In this document: one piece after another, positions 16,860-26,309 of the stretch
Layout: each line of letters opens with the position of its first letter
How positions within the stretch are numbered: the first letter of the stretch is position 1
NCBI GenBank assembly: GCA_050124295.1
Contig: JASFFM010000002.1
Coordinates: forward strand, 1 to 39,709
DNA length: 39,709 nucleotides
Direction: 5' to 3'
DNA from: Desulfobacterales bacterium
GTDB lineage: Bacteria; Desulfobacterota; Desulfobacteria; Desulfobacterales; UBA5852
Program-made: the position numbers and the translations under genes
Notes under the pieces: model-generated
What the model was told of the DNA's origin: nothing
The model's database searches: none
The model's input: the letters and a program-made list of their open reading frames with translations, nothing else

Positions 16860-18413
16860 TCATTGATGGCCTGGTTGATTTCCAATCGGCCCTTTTGTTC
16901 CCGAGCCAATCATGTGTTCGGGAAGGTCTGGTTCGCTAAAATTCGTTTGCTTGCTGAAAGGACTGCTTAACAATCGGTAAATATCTGACATTTCCATGTT
17001 GCCGCTAAAAGAGCGAATGAGCTTATAGGACTGAATCGGGCGGCCAAATATACGTCGAAAAAAAAGAAGTGCATATCCTTTCATGCGGATGCGGTTTAAT
17101 GCCTCACCGGGAAGTACGGATGCGTCGATGTCCGAGCATTTGAAATATTTGTACCAATCACGCTCATCGTCTATTATTCCGCCCTCCACGTATTCATTCC
17201 ATAAAGGGGTTCCCCGGTGGACGCGCAAACGGTCAAAATTAAAGGTATCGATTTTCAATCGGGCTGCAAAGCGAAAACTCTCCATGATATCTTTTTCGGT
17301 TTCGCCGGGCGTGCCGATGATGAAAAATCCGTGGATCCGCTCAATTCCATTGTTTTTGGCTTCATCAACGGCGCGTTCGATTTGTTTCAAGGTCTGCTTC
17401 TTACCGAGTCGATCGAGGATTTTTTGCGTACCGGCCTCAATTCCAAAGGCCATGACTTTACAATTTGCTTTTTTCATTAAAGCAAATTGATCAATTGCGC
17501 TGGAATCGACCCTCCCTTCGCAACCCCAGTTGAAATTGAATTTGCGGTCGATGATCCCCTCGCAGATTTCTCTGATTCGATCGCTTCTAAGTAAAAAGTG
17601 ATCGTCAACCAAATAAACGGACCGATAGCCCATATCATTCAGTTCTTGCATTTCACCTAAAACACTCTCCGCCGAGCGCAAACGCCAGCGACAATTTGAG
17701 TAAGCCGGGATGGTACAGTAAATACAATTGAACGGACAGCCTCTGGATGTTTGTACGGTGCAAAATTTATCGAGCGAGAAGACGGCAGGCACGTCAAGGG
17801 GTAGCGCTTCGATATACTCAACCGGCAAGGTGGTTCGGTCTGGATACGGAAAAAGGTCCAAGTCTTTTATCATCGGACGTCGTTCGTTAGAGATGATTTT
17901 ATCACCATTTCGCCAGACCAGACCAGCCACAGTACTGGGATCTTCGATATTTTCGAGGTAATCCGGCAGAAGTTCTTCACCTTCCCCGATACCCACACTA
18001 TCGACATATTTACAGTCTTTCAGGATTTCAACTGCATTCATCGAAGCAAACACCCCGCCCAAAATGATGGGCGTGGACGGTGCCACAATCTTCATTTGTT
18101 TGGTCATGCTTTGCGTTAGGGGGTATGTTGTTGAAGAGAGCAAAGACAACGCAATGACATCCGGCTGCTGTTGCTCAAGGTCCTTTAAAATGTGTTGGGT
18201 TGTCATCTGCGGGTGGCAGGTGTCGAACATGCGCACCCGATGACCGTGCTGGCGCAAAATGGGTGCGAGCGTTTGAATACCCAGGGGGGGGTATGCCATC
18301 ACCCTGACATTCGGGCTGTCTGCCATTTTGGCGTTTAATTTTTCCGGCAGTAAATTGTAAAATTGTTCATCGCGAACACAAATTAGAAACACGTTCATGG
18401 CGTCTTTTCCCAT
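16860..18413 (-). CDS. B12-binding-domain radical SAM protein
   Basis: N-terminal cobalamin-binding-like Rossmann region (DVIALSLLSS...PIILGGVFAS) followed by SRGCPFNCIYCTIP (CxxxCxxC). An alternative start is at 18398 (MNVFLIC). Confidence 0.9.
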   Translation of the reverse strand: MGKDAMNVFLICVRDEQFYNLLPEKLNAKMADSPNVRVMAYPPLGIQTLAPILRQHGHRVRMFDTCHPQMTTQHILKDLEQQQPDVIALSLLSSTTYPLTQSMTKQMKIVAPSTPIILGGVFASMNAVEILKDCKYVDSVGIGEGEELLPDYLENIEDPSTVAGLVWRNGDKIISNERRPMIKDLDLFPYPDRTTLPVEYIEALPLDVPAVFSLDKFCTVQTSRGCPFNCIYCTIPAYSNCRWRLRSAESVLGEMQELNDMGYRSVYLVDDHFLLRSDRIREICEGIIDRKFNFNWGCEGRVDSSAIDQFALMKKANCKVMAFGIEAGTQKILDRLGKKQTLKQIERAVDEAKNNGIERIHGFFIIGTPGETEKDIMESFRFAARLKIDTFNFDRLRVHRGTPLWNEYVEGGIIDDERDWYKYFKCSDIDASVLPGEALNRIRMKGYALLFFRRIFGRPIQSYKLIRSFSGNMEMSDIYRLLSSPFSKQTNFSEPDLPEHMIGSGTKGPIGNQPGHQ

Positions 18414-18921
18414 TGATTGAGATTCGAACCCTCTATATTACAGCGGGACGTTCTCCTTTGAGATGCCGAAGTGTTTGCAAAGCTGCGCTTTGGCGGTATC
18501 GGCAGCTTAAAAGCGAGATTGAGGATTATCACCGCGTTGATTACCGAATTTCGCGCTGTCTGGATTATCAAAACGGCATTCAGGAGTTTGCATAGGCAGT
18601 CCTCGTACGGCAGATTAAATAACCAAAGACGGAAACGAGGAAAGACCATGCCGAATCTGGATTCAGTGTGGCGCCGGCGGACGGTTTGCTTCAGAGCTAA
18701 TGAGCACTTGGTATGATGCGACCCTGTAAATCAAGGTGGGCCTTATTTAGCAGGGTCCATCACGAATTGTCAATATTATTTATAGGTTAAAGATATTCAA
18801 AATGACTTTAGGCTCGGAATTGATGGATTTGCGATGACCCTATTATTATTTACAGTTGAATGTCCATTGTCGATCTGGTGGCGGGATGCAAACAGACCAG
18901 AAAAACATATCTTTTCATCCT

Positions 18922-19173
18922 GATATTGAACGCGTTTGATGCCTCCATTGACAAGGCCCTAAGGAGCGCCGCGGTACGCATACGACCGCAAGCGTCTTAT
19001 AATCCCAGAAAGAGATGCCTCAGGCTTGCCCGCAGGGTGAATTTGGCATGCGCCTCCGTCTGAAATTCACCACCCCCAGAAGGTTGCCGGACAGATGGAC
19101 CACAACCTTCCGTCAAGGCCGAAAGCCAACTCACCCAAACAAATGGGCCTAATGATGTTCATGGTATGTTCGG
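18922..19173. repeat. Copy B of the unassigned ~250-nt non-coding element
   Basis: See copy A. Hairpins are GGTGAATTT (19036-19044) with AAATTCACC (19063-19071), and GAAGGTTG (19079-19086) with CAACCTTC (19103-19110). These are mirrored at the homologous positions of copy A with different loop sequences. Confidence 0.6.
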
Positions 19174-19402
19174 GTGCCGATTGCCAACATACCAACCGGC
19201 CAACAACCATCTTTTACTGCCGGCAGTCATCCTGAAGGCTTATTGGAACGCGGGGAGTAGGCCCGGACTCCCCTTGATCAACGTTTTTTGAAAACAAACG
19301 CGATAGAAACGCCTGGCGGTATTCAACGTTTTACACCGTTGATAACAACCCTTGGGGCCGTGACAATGGAATCGTTACACGCATATCCAGAATTGTTTGT
19401 GG

Positions 19403-19609
19403 TTATTCCAATTTGAAGGAAACCTTTAATTTGGTGCGGTATCCGACGATTCTGTTATCTTCTAATCGCATATCCATTTGAACGACTTCGGCCACGCGCA
19501 TATCGCGAATGCTGCGGTCAACGGTGGCGACAGCAGCTTTCGCTGCATCTTCCCAGGATTTTTCCGAAAACCCTACGACCTCGACGATTTTGTAAACACT
19601 ATTATCCAT
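19403..19609 (-). CDS. Dodecin-family small flavin-binding protein
   Basis: MDNSVYKIVEVVGFSEKSWEDAAKAAV...YRTKLKVSFKLE, 68 aa. Start moved to the ATG at 19609 (AAGGAG 6 nt upstream) from ORF 19403..19687. Confidence 0.8.
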   Translation of the reverse strand: MDNSVYKIVEVVGFSEKSWEDAAKAAVATVDRSIRDMRVAEVVQMDMRLEDNRIVGYRTKLKVSFKLE

Positions 19610-20056
19610 GACCATCTCCTTTCCAAGTTGGGTTAATGAAATGACAACAAGGGCCTGGCGACGGGGTGCCAAGGCCGCCTTGACCAAAGAAATTCAGTCC
19701 ATCTTTTTCTCAGAGTGGCCGCATGCGCTATTCATCGGGCAGGCCCTCGCGCTACGCATCAGGGTTGGTTGAAATCCTTGGGACTTATTCAAACAGCATT
19801 CCGCGCAAGCAAGCCTTGACAGGGTTGCACGATAAAATTTGGCAATCAGAACATAATTCGATATTTGGATTGCCGCTGGGATTTGTCAAGTTTTGCCCAA
19901 ACGCATTATGACCATTGGTGGTAAGCGACCGCATATAAGCACCGCGGGAAAGAAGGCTGGCAAGCTCACCGAATATCTTGTACGGGAATCAATATTCACA
20001 AAATGATCGTTGGTTCCGTGATACCCTGTGAGGATCTTGCGCGTGAAATCCTGGAA

Positions 20057-20305
20057 TTACCACTCTTTTTGCGCGTAAACCGTACGCGATAATGACAACC
20101 AAGATGCCCTTGGGTAAGGAATGACTGAAATGTCCTGCAGCAGCGGAAACCGATTGCCCCTTCCAATATTCATATGATCCCTAAAATCGTCGAAAGTTTT
20201 AATTGTGATTTCCTTATCGCTTTGCCCATCAGATTCCAGGATCAAACGATAAGCAATTGATAGCCGATCAATTTGAATCGCCGAGATTCCGTCTTCTCTC
20301 ATCAA
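20057..20305 (-). CDS. Hypothetical 82-aa protein, translationally coupled to the upstream ABM-like gene
   Basis: Its start overlaps the stop of 20302..20601 by 4 nt. No family recognised. Confidence 0.4.
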   Translation of the reverse strand: MMREDGISAIQIDRLSIAYRLILESDGQSDKEITIKTFDDFRDHMNIGRGNRFPLLQDISVIPYPRASWLSLSRTVYAQKEW

Positions 20306-20601
20306 ATATCGAGTATTTCATAAATCTGTTCTGTGACAGGCTTCGAATTATCGCACCAGGTCTCTCGGACACTCCGAACCAGTGTTTGATATGTCCCGGA
20401 TTGTTCCTCTTTGTAATTGTCCAATGCGACCCTGTTTCTGAACAGTATGATCGCTCCATATTGAGATGGATCATTTTGATTGCGGAAAAATTCTACGCGA
20501 CGAACACCGCTTACGCCACGCAGTTCCGATGCTGAAGTTTCCATCCATTTTTCAACATTTTTTCCTTCCAGGGCGTGGTACGTAACGACACGGATAATCA
20601 T
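20302..20601 (-). CDS. ABM (antibiotic-biosynthesis-monooxygenase / Dabb-like) small protein
   Basis: MIIRVVTYHALEG...VRRVEFFRNQNDPSQYGAIILFRNRVALDNY fits the ferredoxin-like ABM pattern. Start set at Met23 of ORF 20302..20667, which has GGGAG upstream. Confidence 0.5.
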   Translation of the reverse strand: MIIRVVTYHALEGKNVEKWMETSASELRGVSGVRRVEFFRNQNDPSQYGAIILFRNRVALDNYKEEQSGTYQTLVRSVRETWCDNSKPVTEQIYEILDI

Positions 20602-21198
20602 ATCAAAGCTCCCTTTTTTTGTTCCGGGGTAAATGATGTGAAACTCGCCGTTTACAAACCTCAACAATGCGTTTTTAGCTTCGATTGAGCCTATCTTTAG
20701 AGCGGAAATGTCGTTGGAAGGTGCGCGTCAACAGCCTGCAAGGATTAGAGCGTTTATGTGTCGCTTTCTACTCCGAGGATAACTTAGGATGAGACCTTGA
20801 GTCGAAGCCTAGAATTAATGGAAAATATTACCGCGAGAACACATTGCAAGCGTATCATTTAGAGCTCGTCTTTGGGAAATCGACTCCGGAAGCCAAAAAA
20901 TGGGCTCTCCCGCAGATATTTTTATGATGCAAAGCAGGTTATATTCGATCTTCGATTGGAGAGGGCGCCCGTATACAACCCCTTATCGGCTTGAAAGGCA
21001 ATCGGCAGATCGATTGAGATGGTCCCAAATCAATCGAAGCCCGCCAACAGTTGTGATGGCGTGCCCCTGTGGGTAACAAAAAGATGATTGACGAAGGGCA
21101 TCCCCATCTATGCTGATCAGGCAACAATGTTGCGATGATTCATTCCGATAAAAGAATATCCCTGAAACAATCGCCGATTCTTGCGTCAACCCCCGTAA

Positions 21199-21951
21199 TC
21201 ATTCCTGTTTGCCGCCCAGACCCCGGATAAAGGCCCGCACATTGCGGCCCAGCACATCATGATTGTAGCCGCCTTCCAGGATGCCGAAACACCCCCCCTG
21301 GTTGCGGGCCGCGGCCTGGCGAACCATGCGACCCAGCTCACGGTAATCATCGGTGGACAGCAAGCCGCCCCAGTCGTCCAGGTGGTTGTCGAAGCCGGCC
21401 GAAACCCCGATGATATCGATCCCTTCTTCCTGCAAAGCCAACGCACTCAGCTCCAGATAACGGTCGGCGGACGATGTCTCGGGATTGACGATCGTCACCC
21501 AGGACATGTCTCCCAATATATTGACGTTGCCGTCTCCGTAATGCAGGTCGAAATCCAGAATCAGGGCCCGGTCGATGCGCCGCTCCTGTTTCAAACGGGC
21601 TAGTGCCACAGCCATGTTGTTGAAGTAGCAAAACCCCCAACAGCTGTCCGCCGAAGCATGGTGGCCGGGGGGGCGAATCAGCGCGAAGGCGGGCGCTTGC
21701 AACCCGCTCTCGGCCGCCTGAAGGGCCCCGCCGGCGGCCAGGGCCGCAATTTCAAAAACGCCCTCCCGGCGAACGTCTTCGAGGTGACGCCCGCTGTGAA
21801 CACGCAGAAGATCGGTCTCGGAGGCCGGCTGAATGGTCTGAAAGTCGACCTCGCCTTCGAGGGCCGCCACGACGGCCTCCATGCGACCGGCCGCCGCAGC
21901 GGGGTCGGCCGCATACACCTGATAGAACGCCTCATGGAAATATACTTTCAT
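21199..21951 (-). CDS. Compact histone-deacetylase / acetoin-utilisation (arginase-fold deacetylase) family protein
   Basis: RPPGHHA, CYFNN, DFDLHYGDGN, SAGFD and EGGY motifs in canonical order; 250 aa. Confidence 0.85.
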   Translation of the reverse strand: MKVYFHEAFYQVYAADPAAAAGRMEAVVAALEGEVDFQTIQPASETDLLRVHSGRHLEDVRREGVFEIAALAAGGALQAAESGLQAPAFALIRPPGHHASADSCWGFCYFNNMAVALARLKQERRIDRALILDFDLHYGDGNVNILGDMSWVTIVNPETSSADRYLELSALALQEEGIDIIGVSAGFDNHLDDWGGLLSTDDYRELGRMVRQAAARNQGGCFGILEGGYNHDVLGRNVRAFIRGLGGKQE

Positions 21952-22260
21952 AAACGCCTCCTAAAACCTTCCTTCATCGACCATCGGGATATGCTACGGC
22001 CTGGTTCCAACGCCCCATTCCATAGCCCTAGCGGCGCTCAGGGGCCGATAACTTCCCGTCCGTATCGATGGGTTTTTAAAACAACCATCGTGCCAGACCC
22101 GAATGGCCGCCGTCCCCAGACCATGGCATGCGCTTTGAAAACCGTCAATGCCACTCTGCCGGAATATCGAAACCCATACCACACCCCCAACAACACCTGA
22201 TCGCTAGATTCCGAGATCATCGACCGTCGGCCCTTATTTGGAGGTTCCCGGCGTTTTCAT

Positions 22261-22276
22261 TGGCATGTGCCTTGCT
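22261..22276 (+). promoter_or_regulatory. Sigma-54 (-24/-12) promoter candidate
   Basis: TGGCAT-GTGCC-TTGCT matches TGGCAY-N5-TTGCW exactly. It lies 26 nt upstream of the GTG start at 22302, with GAGGGT at 22291-22296 in between. Confidence 0.55.
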
Positions 22277-22301
22277 CTCGAAGGCGATCTGAGGGTATGA
22301 A

Positions 22302-23147
22302 GTGGCATTGAATATGAAAGTGCACCGAATCACATCAGGGGGCGGGCGCCTGCGCGCCTACGAGACGGGAAACGGATTAGCGCTCTTTTTCGTCCACGGC
22401 ATGTGGTGCGATCATCATATGTACGATGCCCTCTGGCAAGCCTTGCCCCCCATCTACCGGCTCATCGCTTTGGATATCAGGGGGCATGGCCAAAGTGAAG
22501 CGCCGCGGCATTCATGGTCGGTGTCGGATATCGCCAAAGACATCGCGGCCACCATGAAAGCGCTTGCACGGCCTCCGTCGGTGTTGATCGGTCACAGCCT
22601 GGGTGGCATGGCAGCTTTGCATGCGGCCCTCGCGAACCCGGGTGGCATGAGCGCACTGGTGCTGATCGGCATGTCCGCTGAAAGGGAGGCGCCGGAGCGC
22701 AAATCGCAACTGGAAGCTTTGGCCCTTGCCATCCGTGTGACCGGTATTCGGAAATGGATGATGCGCCATGCGGCGGAGCTTTTTTTCAGCCCGGAATTTT
22801 GCCGGGAGCACCCCAACACGGTTGCGGCATGGTGTGCCGGGGTGCGCGCCATGCGCAAAAGAGCCCTCCTGCAAGCGCTCCACGCGGTCAAGGAACGCCC
22901 GTCGATCATGGATCGCCTGGGTGAGATCGCCATCCCGGTGCTGGTGGTCTGCGGCGCCAACGACACCATCTCCCAACCGGGGCATGCCCGGGCCATGGCC
23001 AAGCGCCTACCCGGCGGCAATCTGGCCATTGTTCCCGCCGCCGGCCATGCCCTGCCCTTTGAGCAGCCCCGGGAGCTTGCCGTGCTCATCCGCCGGTTTG
23101 TTTCCAATCACCACCCAAGCAAACCGTTCCTAGAGGGATCGCCATGA
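22302..23147 (+). CDS. Alpha/beta-hydrolase fold protein
   Basis: FVHGMW (oxyanion region), GHSLGG nucleophile elbow, and C-terminal AAGHALPFEQP. An alternative ATG start is at 22314. Confidence 0.85.
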   Translation: MALNMKVHRITSGGGRLRAYETGNGLALFFVHGMWCDHHMYDALWQALPPIYRLIALDIRGHGQSEAPRHSWSVSDIAKDIAATMKALARPPSVLIGHSLGGMAALHAALANPGGMSALVLIGMSAEREAPERKSQLEALALAIRVTGIRKWMMRHAAELFFSPEFCREHPNTVAAWCAGVRAMRKRALLQALHAVKERPSIMDRLGEIAIPVLVVCGANDTISQPGHARAMAKRLPGGNLAIVPAAGHALPFEQPRELAVLIRRFVSNHHPSKPFLEGSP

Positions 23148-24802
23148 CGGCCTGGACCCAGTTTCGCCTGAAAAACAGCATGCTTCTGGCCGCAGTGGCC
23201 GCCAACATGCTCGGCGGCCTTTCCATGGATATACTCATTTTAATAGGAGATGCACCGCCGCCCCCGGATATCCTGCGCGTGGCCACTTACCTGGACCTGA
23301 CCTTCATGCCCGTCGCTTTTCTGATTATGATCGGATTCACCCTCTGGTACGAGATGCCCATGCGTCGGTTCATCCGCTGGCGCGCGGGGGGGCGGACCAT
23401 TCCAGGTCATTTGCGACGTCTGGCGCAAAAACGGCTGCTGAATGAACCATTCATGCTCATCATTGCTTCCGGATCGCTGTGGTTTTACGGAACCATCCTT
23501 TATCCGGGGTTGTTCTGGATCAGCGGCGCCGACTCCCTCGAGCTCCAACGGGCCTTCTTCCGCAGCCTGGGTAACGGGTTGATCACGGTCGTGGCGGCCT
23601 TCTTCCTGCTGGAGAGTATCCTGCAAAAATGGCTGGCACCGGTTTTATTTCCCAATGGCGATCTTTCCAAGACGCCCCGGGTATTCCGTATGCGGCTCGG
23701 CATGCGTCTGGGTGCCCTGCTGCTGGCCTGCAATGTCGTGCCCCTGTTGACCATTGTCGGCGCCACGCTGCGCATTACCGAGGTGGCCGCCAACCAGGAC
23801 ATGCTGGTAACGATGATTCGCCGGGCCATCATTGTCGATGCCAGCGTGTTTATCATCGTCGGCGCCTTTTTGACCGGTATGGTCTCCCGCAACATCTCTC
23901 AGTCCATGGATGCCATCATTGGCGTGCTAAAGCGCATCCGCAACCGCGACCTGGACAGGAAGGTGCGGGTCACCAGCAACGACGAAATCGGCTACGCCGG
24001 CGATGTCATCAACGAAATGGCCGAGGGCCTCAAAGAGCGCAATGCCATGCGCCGGTCGCTGGCCCTGGCCCGGGAGGTGCAGCAGCTGCTGGTACCCCCG
24101 ACCGACATCGAAACGCCCGAAGGCTTCCAAATTGCCGGGCGCAGCGTCTATTGCGACGAGACCGGTGGCGACTACCTGGACGTCTTCCCCTTGGATATCG
24201 GCGGCCGGCCATGCATGGCGCTGGCTGTGGGGGATGTTGCCGGCCACGGCGTCTCTTCGGCCCTGCTGATGGTTACGGTGCGTGCCGCGCTGCATCAGCG
24301 GGCCATCCTGGCAGGGTCGCCGGCCCAGATCGTCACCGATGTCAATCGCCAACTGGCCCGGGATGTGGAGGCAAGCGGACAGTTCATGACCCTTTTCTTC
24401 GTGGTGCTCGATCCGAACAACCGCTCGCTGGGATGGGTGCGGGCAGGACACGACCCGGCCCTGCTCTACGATCCCCGGCGTGACATGTTTAACATCCTCA
24501 AGGGTGAGGGTATGGCACTGGGTATCGACGCCGGCTGGCCCTTTGTCTCCTATACCCGCACTGCATTCGAGGAGGGCCAAATCCTTCTGATCGGCACCGA
24601 CGGGATATGGGAAGCCCGCAACCGCTATCGCGAAATGTTTGGCAAGCGGGCCCTACGCGGCCTGATCCGCCAATATGCGCAACTCGATGCCCGGCATATA
24701 CGGGACGAGATCTTCAAGGCGCTAAGCCAATTTCAAAAGAATACCCGGCCGGAAGACGATATCACCCTGATGGTCGTTAAAGCCGGCCCCAAGCGCCCAT
24801 GA
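23144..24802 (+). CDS. Membrane HAMP-domain PP2C (SpoIIE/RsbU-type) serine phosphatase
   Basis: Several N-terminal TM segments; HAMP region (LKRIRNRDLDRKVRVTSNDEIGYAGDVINEMAEGL); PP2C motifs GGDYLDVF, VGDVAGHGVSSALLM, LIGTDGIWE and DDITLMVV. Its start overlaps the upstream stop (ATGA). Confidence 0.9.
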   Translation: MTAWTQFRLKNSMLLAAVAANMLGGLSMDILILIGDAPPPPDILRVATYLDLTFMPVAFLIMIGFTLWYEMPMRRFIRWRAGGRTIPGHLRRLAQKRLLNEPFMLIIASGSLWFYGTILYPGLFWISGADSLELQRAFFRSLGNGLITVVAAFFLLESILQKWLAPVLFPNGDLSKTPRVFRMRLGMRLGALLLACNVVPLLTIVGATLRITEVAANQDMLVTMIRRAIIVDASVFIIVGAFLTGMVSRNISQSMDAIIGVLKRIRNRDLDRKVRVTSNDEIGYAGDVINEMAEGLKERNAMRRSLALAREVQQLLVPPTDIETPEGFQIAGRSVYCDETGGDYLDVFPLDIGGRPCMALAVGDVAGHGVSSALLMVTVRAALHQRAILAGSPAQIVTDVNRQLARDVEASGQFMTLFFVVLDPNNRSLGWVRAGHDPALLYDPRRDMFNILKGEGMALGIDAGWPFVSYTRTAFEEGQILLIGTDGIWEARNRYREMFGKRALRGLIRQYAQLDARHIRDEIFKALSQFQKNTRPEDDITLMVVKAGPKRP

Positions 24803-25035
24803 TATAGCCTTGCAGAGGGCGGTGACGGTCATCGCGGACAGGCCCCTTCACCAAAGGGAAACGCCGCTCGTCGCTCGGCACCATTCGGGGAATGGTCCAC
24901 AGGGCCTCTTCGGGGGCGCCACCCGCGGCCCAAAACCTGCCCGAGACAGGGCGATTGATTTCTCCCCCAAGGAGCTGTAGGTATGTCCTACCTTTCCTGA
25001 TCACGATGCCCTCGACACCCCATTGGGAGTGCGCC

Positions 25036-26235
25036 ATGTCGGAACGCTATCGGTTCAATCGCCTGGAGTTGGCCGGATCACTGGGTGATCTGGGAACCCT
25101 TCTGCCCATGTCGATTGGCATGATCGTAATCAACGGCATGGACCCCATGGGCATGCTGCTGGCCATCGGTTTGTTTTATATCTTATCGGGGATCTATTTC
25201 GGGGTAACCACCCCGGTCCAGCCCATGAAGGTCATCGGGGCGTATGCCATTGCCATGGGTCTGGCCCCAGAGCAGATTTTTACAGCCGGTGTTTGGATGG
25301 CCGGATTGCTGCTGGTTATCGGGGCCACCGGCTTGATCGACGCTATCGGGCGCTATGTTCCTAAAGCGGTCGTACGAGGGGTGCAGCTTTCCACGGGCAC
25401 CCTGCTCATGGCCCAGGGCACGCGCTTCATTATCGGGCAATCCCCTTTTCAGCTCATGCGGGGCGCATCCGAACCCTATCTGAAACTGCAGACGATCGGC
25501 ATGGTTCCCATCGGCATCGTGCTGGGGATTGTGGCCGGCGGCATCGTCCTGCGATTTATCAACGACCGCCGCTTCCCGGCCGGTTTGCTGATCGTTGTCG
25601 GTGGGGCCCTCGTCGGTTTGATCTTCGGCACCCACGAGGGCCTGGACAAGCTGGCCTTCGGGGTCAGCCTACCGCATTGGCTGCCTTTTGGGTGGCCGGG
25701 GCATGCCGACTGGATGATGGCGCTTTTTGTACTGGTCCTGCCCCAACTCCCCATGACCTTGGGCAATGCGGTCGTGGCCAATGCCGATTTGTCAAAGGAT
25801 TATTTTGGGCGGCGCGCGGATCGGGTGACCTATCGGGCCTTGACCATCAGCATGGCCCTGGCCACGATGGGCAGCGCCGCAATGGGCGGCATGCCCTTGT
25901 GTCACGGTGCCGGGGGGCTGGCGGCCCACTATCGCTTCGGGGCCCGCACGGCGGGCTCCAACCTGATCATCGGCGTCATCTTCATTGCCCTGGGCGTTCT
26001 GTTGGGTGCCCATGCCCTGGCCGTCATTTATCTGATTCCCATGGCTGTCCTGGGCGTGATGCTGCTATTTGCGGGAAGTCAACTGGCCTTGACCCTTATC
26101 GATGTGCGGGCACGTAAAGATCTATTCGTCATTCTCACGATGCTCGGACTAACCCTGGCCACCAATCTGGCGGTAAGCTTTGTGATCGGGATCGCTCTGG
26201 CCTATGCCCTCCGATCGCAGCGTTTCGATATCTGA
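25036..26235 (+). CDS. MOT1-family (MFS_MOT1-like) putative molybdate/sulfate transporter
   Basis: ELAGSLGDLGTLLPM...TPVQPMKVIGAYAI closely matches the signature N-terminus of MOT1-type transporters. Polytopic. Start moved to ATG 25036, which has GGGAG 6 nt upstream. Confidence 0.7.
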   Translation: MSERYRFNRLELAGSLGDLGTLLPMSIGMIVINGMDPMGMLLAIGLFYILSGIYFGVTTPVQPMKVIGAYAIAMGLAPEQIFTAGVWMAGLLLVIGATGLIDAIGRYVPKAVVRGVQLSTGTLLMAQGTRFIIGQSPFQLMRGASEPYLKLQTIGMVPIGIVLGIVAGGIVLRFINDRRFPAGLLIVVGGALVGLIFGTHEGLDKLAFGVSLPHWLPFGWPGHADWMMALFVLVLPQLPMTLGNAVVANADLSKDYFGRRADRVTYRALTISMALATMGSAAMGGMPLCHGAGGLAAHYRFGARTAGSNLIIGVIFIALGVLLGAHALAVIYLIPMAVLGVMLLFAGSQLALTLIDVRARKDLFVILTMLGLTLATNLAVSFVIGIALAYALRSQRFDI

Positions 26236-26309
26236 GCCGTGGAATGGTGGTCCGGCGCAATGGCGATCGCCTTGGGGACGTGTGCCAGCCCCTTAAGCCG
26301 CAGGCGAAG

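Noticed and set aside
18421-18433. On the minus strand, GGGTTCGAATCTC resembles a tRNA T-loop (GGTTCGAATCC). It lies just upstream of the radical SAM start and could be a tRNA or att remnant.
   Set aside because: The flanking bases do not form a T-stem (GAGGG versus CTCAA), and no acceptor, D or anticodon arms can be drawn. A single 10-mer match is compatible with chance. It could still be checked with tRNAscan-SE/ARAGORN and by comparison with the tRNA genes of this genome.
22080-22095. Minus-strand TGGCAC-GATGG-TTGTT about 130 nt upstream of the HDAC-family gene, considered as a sigma-54 promoter.
   Set aside because: The near-invariant -12 GC is replaced by GT. Without it the match is not convincing.
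23629-24580. Alternative-frame and antisense ORFs within the PP2C phosphatase gene (23629..24483 +, 284 aa; 23927..24580 -, 217 aa).
   Set aside because: They overlap a gene with clear HAMP and PP2C motifs. Their translations are Arg/Pro/Gly/Ala-rich with no motifs, which marks them as GC-driven artefacts.
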